From: Octopus vulgaris
Taxonomy: Eukaryota
Length of the DNA: 64,000 nucleotides
Reading direction: 5' to 3'
Assembly: GCA_951406725.2 (NCBI GenBank)
Contig: OX597821.1
Span: forward strand, 67,022,001 to 67,086,000
Shown here: in pieces, positions 38,843 through 51,605 of the stretch
Position numbering within the stretch: the first letter of the stretch is position 1
Layout of the letters: every line of letters begins with the position of its first letter
Program-made: the position numbers and the translations under genes
Notes under the pieces: model-generated
Told to the model about the DNA's origin: nothing
The model's database searches: none
The model's input: only the letters and a program-made list of their open reading frames with translations

Positions 38843-39685
38843 TTCAATGCCATCTCAAATGCCACAAAGCACTGTACTTCATGACTGACAAAGGGAGGTA
38901 AGTCCCCAGCCTACGTAGTCGGATCGAACGATTTCCGATTTTGATATATACGCGCAGGAGTGGCCGTGTGGTAAGTAGCTTGCTAACCAACCACATGGTT
39001 GCGGGTTCAGTCCCACTGCGTGGCATCTTGGGCAAGTGTCTTCTGCTATAGCCCCGGGCCGACCAATGCCTTGTGAGTGGATTTGGTAGACGGAAACTGA
39101 AAGAAGCCTGTCGTGTATGCATATGTATATATGTGTGTGTTTGTGTGTTTGTGTTTGTCCCCCTAGCATTGCTTGACGACCGATGCTGGTGTGTTTACGT
39201 CCCCGTCACCTAGCGGTTCGGCAAAAGAGACCGATAGAATAAGTACTGGGCTTACAAAGAATAAGTCCCGGGGTCGATTTGCTCGACTAAAGGCGGTGCT
39301 CCAGCATGGCGGCAGTCAAATGACTGAAACAAGTGAAAGAGTAAAGAGTATAGCAACTTAATCCTCGTCAGCGGCTTTTAACGCCTGGGATTAAACGCAG
39401 TTACCTTTGTCAGTCTTATAAGGAAAACCGCAGAGAACCTGTGCTGATATTCAAAGTGGCAAAAGTATAAATAACAAATTAAACAGGTGGCTTATTAACA
39501 ATTTGAACCTAAAAACAAAATTAATAGCAGTCACAAAATTGGCAGAGGCGTTAATAGTCGCTGAAGAGGATCAAGGTGCTATGCATCAAAATCCGAAATC
39601 GTTCAATCCCAATACGTATGCTGGAGATTTGTCTCCCGTTTTCAGTCATTAAATACAGTGCTTTGTGGCTTTTGAGTTGTTTGAA
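38843..39685. mobile_element. Inverted-repeat element with hammerhead-like arms; left arm split by a SINE
   Basis: 38843-38948 plus 39349-39386 is the reverse complement of 39546-39685. Confidence 0.75.
38951..39348 (+). mobile_element. Full-length SINE family A
   Basis: Near-identical to 58259-58663; inserted at TATA. Confidence 0.93.
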
Positions 39686-39794
39686 CTCTTGTTTCTAGCA
39701 ATAGTTGGTGCCGGTCATCTATTAATTTCGCCTTTAGCTTCAAATACGGGGGTGTACGTATGCACATATATGCATGTATACAGAAAGACCCGGA

Positions 39795-39829
<35 letters not shown>

Positions 39830-40293
39830 TGAAAAGAGAGATGCATGTATGTGTACTTGCATATGTTAATATATACTGAATAAGATATGAGTGTGTGTGT
39901 ATGTGCGTGTGTGTGTGTGCTCTCACGTATGTGTATATATAATTGTGAGTGTGTGCACGCATGAATATATATGTGTGTGTGTGATGGCTGAGTATTATTA
40001 ACACTATAGCTAGACACATCCTATAGCCTGTTCAGATGCTTGTTGTATGTAAGCTTACTAAAAACAAAAAGCGTACATCTACAACATGAATCGGATGATA
40101 TTAAAACCAACATGAACATAACAATGATGCTGCATCTCAAGAAAATATAATCGGTATCACAATTCAATCAATACCTAAATTGAACTTTTGTTTCAAATTA
40201 ATAATTTTGTTAAAATTTTGAACATGGATATCACATCTGATAATATCAACATTATACACGCAGCACACACACACATACATATATTTGTACATA

Positions 40294-40344
<51 letters not shown>

Positions 40345-40421
40345 ATAATAATATGTGATATAAAATATGTATACAAACATTCAAGCATAGTTATGCTTAT
40401 ATGCATACATACATACACAGG

Positions 40422-40488
<67 letters not shown>

Positions 40489-40911
40489 ATGTGTGTGTCT
40501 ATATACACATAAATACATATATATATATACATATATATATATATACGTATATATATAGATATATGCACACATACGAAGAAATGTATTTATACATATATAT
40601 TTATATACTTATGCATTATGCATATGTACGTATGTATATATATATATATATATACTTAGAGTCATATGTATATGTTTATGTATATTTTTACCTATTTCCA
40701 TATCTTTAATATCATATATGTACCATAAGGCCCTGCACATATATAGGCAGATAGATGTGTAATGGTAAGTATATGTGTCAATATATACATTTAAATATAT
40801 AAGAACAATTCATACCGTTGCATACCTACACTATATATATATATATCTGTACGACTGTATGTATATACATGTATTTATATATATATATGTATGTGTGTGT
40901 ATGTATATATA

Positions 40912-40974
<63 letters not shown>

Positions 40975-41006
40975 TTATATAAGCTTATGCATGTATATCT
41001 ATATCT

Positions 41007-41091
<85 letters not shown>

Positions 41092-41580
41092 CGTATATAG
41101 ATATATGTTCATATGTGTGTATGTTCAGACATACTTGATACCACATACATTTATATTTACTCCACGCTGATATACGTACTATACCAAAACATGCGAGCAC
41201 ACAGAATTTTTCAACGATAATTCTTTACGTTAAAGATAAAAATCAAAAATACTGATTAGATTCATGCTCACAGAAGCAGAAACAAACAGAACATTCTTTA
41301 CGGTTGTTAAGATGCAACATGTGTATTTTCATTGCATAGGACTAACATTAGTAATAGTAACTACTGTAGCAAATCTAAGTTCGCCTATCATAAGTATAAT
41401 TTCGTTTCTGTAGCATTATACCGACGTATAGGTTTTAGTATTTCACTTGAACTATCACAAGATTAAATAACCCACAAAAAAAGTTATATACTATTTCCTT
41501 ACTGATATTTTGAGAACCAAATTTAACTTTGCTCTAAAGATATTTGAGAACCACATAATTCCTACAGCGGTACTAATAAC

Positions 41581-41614
<34 letters not shown>

Positions 41615-41666
41615 CTATGCGTATATATGTACATAAATATATATATATATATATATTACGAATGTG

Positions 41667-41715
<49 letters not shown>

Positions 41716-41848
41716 ATGTATATATGTATATATATATATATTCATATATATATATGTATGTATATATATTATATATGTATTATGTATGTATGTATGTATA
41801 TATGTATACACACATATATATATATATGTATACATATATCTTTATATT

Positions 41849-41905
<57 letters not shown>

Positions 41906-42552
41906 TTATGTATGTATATAGCATGAAGAAACCAACACTAGTAGCATTTCTTATGAATTTTACAGAGGAAAGTCAAACTCCCATGATATAACTTGGTTCT
42001 CACACTATACTTATTTAATACATATTGGTGAGAACAAATCTAAAACTAATACTTTTCATGCTACGTTTGATACGACGTTACCTACATTGGTACTAAAAAT
42101 ATTTGAAAACAAAACCTATTGCTTAGACTTTATCTTTAAAAATAAAGTCAAAATTCTTATGCTATAATTTTGTCTGCACAATCATGATATCAAATATATT
42201 TTGGTTAGAACAAATCTAATGCTGTTTGATAAATTTGATATGATGTTAGTAAACATGATACTAAAAATATATTTGGAAACAAAGAGTAGCAACCGTTCCT
42301 TAGAAAATTAAAAAATTTTTCTTCTATAATCCTATTCTAACGATTGACAAATTTATGTTCGTAGTGAAATCAATCCGTTACTGTACTGTTGTTTTAGATG
42401 CCATACTATATCAATTCAATATTGATCCATTTGGTGGCCATATTTATATCAGAAATATTCACAGAATAAGGAAATGTGTCAGAATGTAAACCAAAATCAA
42501 AATTTTGGAATTTTGCTAACGAATATTATATATCTGTTTGTATATCTTTATG

Positions 42553-42594
<42 letters not shown>

Positions 42595-42681
42595 AGCAGG
42601 GCTACATCTGTTTCATAGCGAGCGGAACATCGGAAGAGGTAATTATCCAAGTGGGGTGTATACTTCCCGCTACTCTTGAGG

Positions 42682-43051
42682 CCAAAGCTATACAAATGCC
42701 AGAACAGGTCGCCACTGTACAGTGACAAAGATCCCAGCGATGTCGACACGCTTCAGGACCAGTTACTGCAACACCCTGGGTTTCACGGTTCTACAGCTTT
42801 TTAATATTCTCCCAAAGAGCCTGAGGTACCTACACAAAGTGGATGTAGGTGTTTTCAAATTAAAACTGGATCGCTTCCTATCGCGAATCCCAGATCAACC
42901 TACCTCACGGCAGGAACCGCAAATGAGGGGAGCAACATCAAACTCCCTTATTCACTAAATGTCACATATCAGAGAAAGCCCTCAGTAATAACAGTGTATC
43001 AAAATGGCGGTGCCCCAGCATGGCCACAACTTTGAGCTGAAACTGATAAGG
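42682..43051 (+). mobile_element. 3' end of a CR1/L2-group LINE (ORF2 C-terminus and 3' UTR)
   Basis: RTGRHC...LQLFNILPKSLRYLHKVDVGVFKLKLDRFLSRIPDQP...ATSNSLIH* resembles the 'WN.LP...FK..LD.FL' C-terminus of CR1/L2-like ORF2. Confidence 0.8.
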
Positions 43052-43218
43052 ATATATATATGGCTCATCTCAACTGGGAAATATTCCTTTCAAAAGACTC
43101 TGTGTCATTGTTTCTTATTAAAGATAATTTTATATTATTAATAACTTTTAAGAGAATCTTTCTTCAAATATTATGAATGTATGTTGAATTTTTGCAAAAG
43201 CACGCACACAAAATAGTG

Positions 43219-43470
43219 GAGGCACATGAACAAGTGGTAAGAGCAGCTTTCAAGCGTTCGAGGGTTCGTGGGTTTGAATCTCAGATCGGGCGATCCGTGT
43301 GTTTATGAACGGAACAACTAAGCTCCACGCGGCTCCGACAGAAGGTAATCGTGAACTTCTGCTGACTCTTTCGCCACGACGTACCGGCGTCCTATGCAGG
43401 TGGGAAACCTATACGCCATTGAAACCGGCCCTTATGAGCCAGGTTTGGCTCGAGAAGGAACAAACGACAC
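43219..43470 (+). mobile_element. Diverged SINE related to family C head and B tail
   Basis: tRNA-like head, AAGCTCCACG.GGCTCCG, ACTCTTTCGCCAC, ATACGCCATTGAAACCGG. Confidence 0.7.
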
Positions 43471-43566
43471 CATACACAATATATGTGTCGGTATATGCAC
43501 TTATGTATATATGCATGTATGTATGTATGTATGTATGTATGTATGTATGTATGTATACATATATAC

Positions 43567-43671
43567 TGGGATCAAGTGGATGAGAAAGGTGCGACCCAGA
43601 GAGGAGTGGACAGCGTGCTGTGACCAGCGGTGTCAAATGGACGCCCGACGGACTGGTCGGTCAAGGTGAAG

Positions 43672-43675
<4 letters not shown>
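43567..43675 (+). mobile_element. Extreme 3' end of an RTE-like LINE
   Basis: IKWMRKVRPREEWTACCDQRC resembles the RTE C-terminal W...A.DR..W motif, followed by an (AGGTGA)n-like tail. Confidence 0.5.
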
Positions 43676-43721
<46 letters not shown>

Positions 43722-43935
43722 TGTCCCAAATTTTGGGACAAGGCCCGCAAGTTCGAGGAACGGTCTATTTAAGTCGATTACGTTGAATCCAGTGCTCAGC
43801 TGGTACTTATTTGATCGACTACGAAATGAAGAAAACGCAAAGTCGGGCCCGAAGGCGTTTAAACTTAGACTGTAAAGATAGACGAAACGCCGCTAAGCCT
43901 TTCTCCGTGCGTGCTAACGATTTTGGCAACTCACT
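43722..43935 (-). mobile_element. Diverged SINE family F
   Basis: CTGGTACTTATTT...GCAAAGTCG...CGTGCTAACGATT is the reverse complement of family F. Confidence 0.7.
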
Positions 43936-44002
43936 GATTTACGTGTCACTAATTATTCCTATAGGAGGTTCTCTATCTTTTCGCAATTATGAGTGTAATG
44001 AA

Positions 44003-44630
44003 TATTTCAGCTGTGTATATTTTTTAATACATCTAACCTAAACAGAATTAAAATATTATTTCACTTTAAATTCATCGAAATGTTTCGTATAAAATATATT
44101 GAGCAAATCAACCTGGTTATCTTCGTTTCCATGTAAGCTTTATGCGGAGGTGCAAACCCTAGCAACACAAGGTAATGACATATTTATGATTATTGCAATA
44201 AAAGATCTTCGGTGATGGGTTTCAAAAGTGTGGGAGACCTCATGGGGTCATTTAGCATTACAAACACAATATCTGAAAAAGTTATGCCGTTACAGAAAAT
44301 ATATTGGGGTGTGTTATTTTAGTTATGTGTATTTTTTTAATACGCCTAATTTCAACAGAATTAATTTAACCAATACTTCGTTTTAAATTCATCGAAATGT
44401 TTCGTGTAAAATATATTGGGCAAACCAGCCTGGTTATCTTCGTTACCTTGCACGTTTTATCCGGAGGTGCAAACCTTAGCACCACAAGCTTATGACATAT
44501 TTATAGTTGTAGCAATAAGCGATCTTAGTGATGGGTTTCAAAAGTGCGGGATACATCATTGTGTCATTGCAATCACAATATCTGGAAAATATATGCAGTC
44601 ATAGAAAATATATTGGGGCGTATTTTCTAG
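44003..44630. repeat. Two-copy tandem repeat, unit about 314 bp
   Basis: TTTAAATTCATCGAAATGTTTCGT, CCTGGTTATCTTCGTT, GGAGGTGCAAACC, GTGATGGGTTTCAAAAGTG and GAAAATATATTGGGG each occur twice in order. Confidence 0.9.
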
Positions 44631-45297
44631 CAGGATGGTTAAACGGAAGCTAATGAACAGCAGCTTCGATTAGGTACCAAATTTACAGAGGAAGCAGAGT
44701 GAATCGAGAATCGACGCGAACATTTTAGACTACTGTTTCTTAATTGACAGTCGGTAAGGACCTACAGAGAATTAAGCACCTTGATAATGACACAGCTCAG
44801 TACCTTTGATAGGAGATGATTCGGAGACGCGTAGGATAATTCTAAAATTTTAGCACATCGATCATATGCCCTTCAATAAATGTATAAAAAAATAAATAAA
44901 CGAAAACAAAATGTCATAACAAATTTTCTTCTTGCAAAATTTATTGTTTCAGACAATATCATCCTTTTATATATCACTTTATTTTTATAATTCACTTAAT
45001 CATTGGGCAAGCTGTTTCGGGTTGTTTATACACAATTTGTTTCAAAGTAGAATTAATGTAAATAAAGGCATTTATAGCAAAGTATAGCAACTGACTTGGA
45101 ACTAATTGAACCGCTATCTCAATATACGTTATCATTCATGCTGTGCATCCTCAAGTGTCCGACATCTTGTATATGAAATATACATATATATATATTGAAA
45201 GTTAGATAGATAGAGAGAGAGAGGGAGATAGACACAGTCATATATGTATGTATATGTAATATATAAATGTGCATATAAAATTATATATATGTGTGTG

Positions 45298-45351
<54 letters not shown>

Positions 45352-45701
45352 TTTACACACATATATACATATATATACGTATATAAGCGCAAAAAGGACT
45401 TATATAACCGTATCAGTGTGTGTATATGTGTGTGTTTGTCTCTGTGTGTGAGCGTGCTTGTGTGTGTGTATGTCTGTGTGTGTGTGTGTGTGTATGTGTG
45501 TGTGTGTGTGTGTGTGTGTACGTGCACGTGCACGTGCGCGCGCGTGTTTGTAAATATTTATATCAATGAGTTTCGGCAAATAGATGAGTCACCGCGATGC
45601 ATTTCCTAGCCACCCTGCATTTCAGAGCAACCCAGTAAAAGGAAGCAGCGGAAGCACCACTAACAGAGACACCTCTCACCAGCTTAAGACTACAAAAAGA
45701 A

Positions 45702-45920
45702 AAGGCGGCAAGCGGCAGAATCGTTAAAATGTCGCCAAACTGCTCTGCTCAGTGGTATTTTCGTACGTCTTTACGTTCAGAGTTCAAATTCCGCCGAGCT
45801 CGAACTTCGCCTTTCATCCATCTAGACTCGATAAATAAATACCAGTTGAGCACTGGGGTCGATGTAATCGACTTACTTCTTTCTACAAACTAGCTGGCCT
45901 TGTACCAAAATTTAAAACCA
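45702..45920 (+). mobile_element. SINE family F
   Basis: AAGGCGGCAAGC-GGCAGAATCGTTA...GAGTTCAAATTCCGCCGAG...GGGGTCGATGTAATCGAC. Confidence 0.85.
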
Positions 45921-47855
45921 ACTAGCGGGACACGTGAATATTTCACGGAATTAATAGTAAACCTTTTGGGTTATTTGTGAAAACTTCATCCAAAAACCTG
46001 CGAGCGTAACTTGTGTTATGTCCATATGGATAGATTGTTGCTCATCTGCAACTCATTGAAAAGTGAAAGAAATGGAATACGATGATAACTTAATGCACTT
46101 TATATATACACATGATATACGTTATACACCATTTTATAGACTTAGTACACAGCTCTCATAAATTAAATATTTACTCTTATTTCCCCATTTTTTCCATAAA
46201 CAAACAAAAAATCCCGTACATATGATACAACCTTTAGTTAAATTGCATATATCTGCCACGCTAATGAGCGTGAATATTTCACGGAATTGCACTTATACAC
46301 ATGCCTTAAGTGATGGGTGATATAAAAAAAAAATTAGTTCAATTTTTTAAAAATACACTTTTCATTATCCAATGACCACCAACTCCTTCTCCACCACCAC
46401 CACCTTCATCATCTTTCTCTCCCTCCATATCTTTGCCCGCATCTCTTCCCCTCTCTCCCTCCTTTCTCCATACTCTCTCTCTCCCCTCTCTCACTGCCTG
46501 TCTTTAACGTCATCATCTGAACATCACCTCTCTGCTAAAATTATATATATAACTCTCCTCCTCTATATCCCTACCTTCAACTAACATTTTAACCACGTAA
46601 TGAACATTACGTTCCCGCTAACTCACATCATGGACGCTTCTCTCTCCCTCATATTATTTCTGTCTCACTCTTTAGCTTATCCGCTTTTCTCTCTCCTTTT
46701 TCTCTCTCCCCTCTTTCCCTTCAGCTAATCACCTGAAAGCGTTAAAGACTGGCTCTGTAACGCAATGACAAGCAGAATTATTATAATATTAGCGGGACCC
46801 GTGAGTATTTAACAGAACTGATGGTATACATAAACATATACATATGACTCTAAGTATATTGGCGTATTTCTCAAGACTTTATAAAAAAATAACATAAAAC
46901 TGAAGCGTAGCCTGTGTTGTGTCTGTATGGAAAGATGGTTGTTCATCTGCTACTCATTGAAAATTGAAGGAGATTGAAATATAATGATTACTTAATGCAA
47001 TTTATATTTACACACAATACACTTTATACACAATTTTATATATTTAATACACAGCACTCATAAAATTAATATTTACTCTTATTTTTCCAATTTTTTCCAT
47101 TAAAAATATCCTGTACATATGATACAAAGTTAAATTGCATATATCTTTCATGTAAAAAACGTGAATATTTCACAGAATTGCACTTATTTATATGCGTTAA
47201 GTGATAGCTGATATAAAAACTTAGTTCAATTTTTAGAAAATGCACTTTTCCCCGTCCAATCACCACCACCACCACCACCATCATCATCTCTCTCTCCCCG
47301 TCATTCTCTCCGTCCTCTCTCTCCCCTCTTCTCTCACCCATCTTCTCTCTTTCCTCCTCTCTCTCCCTATCCCTTCCCCCTCTCTCTTCTTCTTCCCTCT
47401 CCTCTCTCTCTCTCTCTCGCTCTCTCTCTGCCATTCTTTAACCACAATCAGAACATCACCCCTCTGCTAAAATTGTATTTTTAATTTTCCTCCTCTACCT
47501 GCAACTAACTTTTTAACCACGTAATACATATTACTTTCACTCTACCTCACGTCATGGATGCTTCTCTCTCTCTATATATATATATATATATTTTCTTTCT
47601 CCCTCTTTTCTGTCTCACTCTTCGCCTTATCCTCTTTTTCTCTTTCCTTTTTCTTTCTCCTCTCTTTCCTTTCAACAACTCACGTGAAAGCGTTGCAATT
47701 ACATTCCCTCTACCTCACGCTATGGACGCTTCTCTCTCACTCTTGTTCTCCTTCTTTTTCTTTCTCCTTTTCTTGCTCCCTCTCTTTTTCGAATCACGTG
47801 AAAGCGTTTGCGACGGGCTAAGGTAATGGCAAGAAGAATTATTATAACATACTAC
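45921..47855 (-). mobile_element. Head-to-tail pair of non-autonomous Helitron-like elements
   Basis: Units 45921-46788 and 46789-47855 are homologous. On the minus strand the first ends in hairpin CGTGAA-ATA-TTCACG followed by CTAGT; no TIRs. Confidence 0.65.
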
Positions 47856-48139
47856 AAATATAAAGTTATCATATTAGTTACCCTGTACTACATAGTCTAT
47901 ATAGAAGTTGTTCGGGTTCATTTTGACGATTGCTCAAGTCTTCTTTTTTCAGAAACAGATTGATGTATTGAAGAAGAGTAAACAGCATACAGACTGAAGA
48001 TGTACTTGAGAAAACCTATGTGATATGGAGGACCAGTAGCCATCTGAATATTAAAAAAAGTGTTACCTATCAGGAAGATTCGCACCGAGTGTCATAGTAC
48101 CGATATTACCATTGTTGTTCAATGCTCTAAACGGTAAAA

Positions 48140-48460
48140 ATCCCCTTCGATCATGAATGACCATGGCATTGCGCCAAAACGTTCCCCTTCTAGGCACAAG
48201 TCCGGACAAGTGTGTTTATGTAAAACCAGCAGTCGCCCATGCATACCAGCATCTCCTCTCCACTCCACTGATGTTACTCAAAGGAAAGGCAAAGGCTGAT
48301 ATAGCTTAGCACCAGTGACATCACATCCCATTTCTAGAGCTGAGTGAACTGGAGCAACGTAAAATAAAGCATTTTGTTCAAGAACACAACACACACCTCG
48401 GACCGGGAATCGAACCCGTTACCTCATGACTGTAAGCCGACGCTCCAGCCACTGGGTCAC
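48140..48460 (-). mobile_element. SINE family E
   Basis: Colinear with 18741-19075. Confidence 0.85.
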
Positions 48461-48464
48461 AATA

Positions 48465-48940
48465 CAAAGGCTGTATGACGTGACACGGCAGTTATAACGG
48501 AAACTACGAGTCCGTGACCACAAAAAGGCACGCAGTAGGCGTTTTGATGCATCCACATGCAGCAATTCGTCTAACAAATTATGAAGAAGGTAAAGTTAAG
48601 ACAGTTAGAGAATTTTGTCGAACCATAGCTGGCGGGTGTTGCTGCTAGAAGGCCACATGTGTAGCGACAAGATCCGGAACCCTGTCAATCCTTTAGAAAG
48701 AGTCAGAAGTGGTTATCGCTCAGTTACTACGACTTCATCAATCACATGTTCTGACCTCCTAATTCCCTCATCAGTATAAGATCAAGGAGATGTTCGAAGA
48801 TCTTTACAGGGTCACAGTAAGAAACGCATGCGCCACGTTACGAAGCAAACTTCAGGCTGTGATGGAAGCTGGTGGCGGTTAAAGTAAACTTCTACCAGCT
48901 GATATTTTGTGACTTATTCATCTTAGGATGAAATACTATT
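48465..48940 (+). mobile_element. Highly deleted maT/DD37D-like transposase remnant
   Basis: AARRPHV*RQDPEPC...KSQKWLS...PPNS...VRNACATLRSKLQAVMEAGGG parallels the C-terminus of the 58763 element. Confidence 0.6.
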
Positions 48941-49881
48941 TTCTTCTCCTTCAATGCAAGTAGTCGACCTTAGCCCGAATAGACTGTATATGCGTTGATC
49001 ATAAACAGTTAGCTATATATTTTATTTAGAACCAGCTAGCGCCTCCGAACTACGAAGAATAATGAAACGCCTGTTGATTAATCTACGACTCATATCTACG
49101 ATAAAGACAAAACACTATTCATTGACAAAAAAGTACCCCAACAACCAAAAAAGAAAAAAAAAAAGAAGACAATAACTCCCAACAGAACAGAGTTCGATAT
49201 CAGACACACAATCGATAAATTATTAGATGAAATATTAAATATTTACATATTGATAGAATGGATAGATAGATCAGATCAACACAGATATATGTAACACACA
49301 CACACACACACGTGAGTGTGTGTGTATGTTACATATATGTGTGTTTCTGTGTGTGAAGTTATATTTAAGTTAATAGATTGCAGAAATGATAGATAAGTGG
49401 ATGTCCAGATATAAAGGTTTAAATAAACAAGCGTAAACAGAAACTCAAATACATACATACAAGGCACACCCGCACAATAAACATATCCTACTGAGAGACT
49501 ATTAGTGTCGTATTATTCTATCATTTCTGAAAAAAAAAAATAATAATAAATAAATTTAAAAAAACCGTAGGATGATTTTCCTCTTTGTCCTTTGATCTCA
49601 GAAAGTTTTTTTTTTGTAGTTCTTTTATTTTTGAAAAAAAATACCCACCCACCCCCAAAGAAAAACAGTAAAACAACTACTGGTTGAGAGGAAACGAATT
49701 TTAAAAAGAGAGAATAAATGAATAAAAAAATAACACAAACAACCCAACAGGAAGTAAAATAAAATGTAATGAAAGAAAACGGAATAACAGATAATGAAAC
49801 ATTTAAATACAAATTCAAAGCTTATAATCAGAAACTGGAGAAATTTCTCTAGGGCTGTATGTATGTATATACATACACACA

Positions 49882-49957
<76 letters not shown>

Positions 49958-50015
49958 AGTATATATATATATATGTATATATATGTATATATGTATATAT
50001 ATATATGTATATATG

Positions 50016-50049
<34 letters not shown>

Positions 50050-50181
50050 TATATAAATGTATATATGTATATATTCATACAGAGACAGAGTTAGACAGAC
50101 AGGCAGACTGATAGAAAGACAGGTAGAGAGGGAGAGGGGTGAGAGAAAGGGAGAGACAGATGTTGAAGCAATATATACAGC

Positions 50182-50235
<54 letters not shown>

Positions 50236-50589
50236 TATGTATGTGTATATATCTTCTTATCGGTTTCTCCATCTACCAGCATATATATACGTATATATAT
50301 TTATGTATGATGCATATATGTATGCATGTATGTATGTAATTATGTATACACACGAATGTATGAATGTATGTTTATTCTTCGTTTTATTTGCTTTTCGAAT
50401 TACTTAGCAATCTTAAAACAGCCGACTTTTAGCTAGGAAGCAAGACTCTTTTATAAGAATTTAGTCAACCACAAACAGTATAGGCTTCTATGCATGTATG
50501 TATGTATGTATGTATGTATGTATGTATGTATGTATGTATGTATGTATGTATGTATGTATGTATGTATGTATGCATGTATATATGCATAT

Positions 50590-50655
<66 letters not shown>

Positions 50656-51289
50656 GTGTGTGTATGTGTGTGTTATGTATATATTTATGTATGCATGTAT
50701 GCATGTGTGTATGCATGTATTTACGGATGTATCCCTGGATGGATGCTCTCTCTCATACACACACACATAGCTCTCCATTACTTTCTTTGTGTGAAGTTTG
50801 TATATACATACATACATACATACATGCATACATACATGCATACATACATACATACATACTTACATAAATACATACATATTGATATACACGTATACCTGAA
50901 TCCATGTATTCATGTATGCGCAAATATAGCACGTCCGTATGTAAGTGCACATGTACAGTAATGGTGGAAGCCATTCTGTATATGGATCTTATTAATGCTA
51001 AACTTCATGAATGTTTTATATTCTTTAACAGTGCCTTTGGTAGTTTGTAGCTATTATTTTGTAATTACTATCTCTGTACTTCCTGTATTTTTCCTTTATG
51101 TGTGCGTGTGTGTGTATCCCATATTCCCAAGTTATTGTTATGAGATGTTTTCTTATGTAACCAAGTGTCCCAGATCCAGTTACTATTGGTGGAAATCTAA
51201 AATTATAATTCGGATGGAGTACTTCCATATATATACCATTAGTTCGGCATAGATATTATATTTTACGTTAACATTTAACATCTAGTCTC

Positions 51290-51605
51290 AAGGAGTAGCT
51301 TCCCTGCTTTCCTGAGCTAATTGTCCACTACATTTCTTAAAGATCGTGGTAGAGGCCTTGGTCTCGGGACCACTCATGTCTAGAAAGGGAAGTTGGGGGT
51401 AAGCAAGGGCATGCTCTCCGTAGAAAATCCAGCCCCCAAAAAAGCCTCGTGATAGCAAAGGAGAATGGACACCAGTCAGCCCAAAGGTTGAGGTGGACCG
51501 CATCGGCCTACCTCGGTAGCTATGGTATTGAGGTAGATCCAGCTACTCCTGTTAACGGGGACAAACCCCGAATTTAAAACATTGGGTGATGAGGATGATG
51601 ACGAT
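51290..51605 (+). mobile_element. GC-richer interspersed repeat ending in a (GAT)n-like tail; probable non-autonomous retroposon
   Basis: Sharp compositional boundary, GGGGTAAGCAAGGGCATGCTC motif, tail GATGAGGATGATGACGA. Confidence 0.45.
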
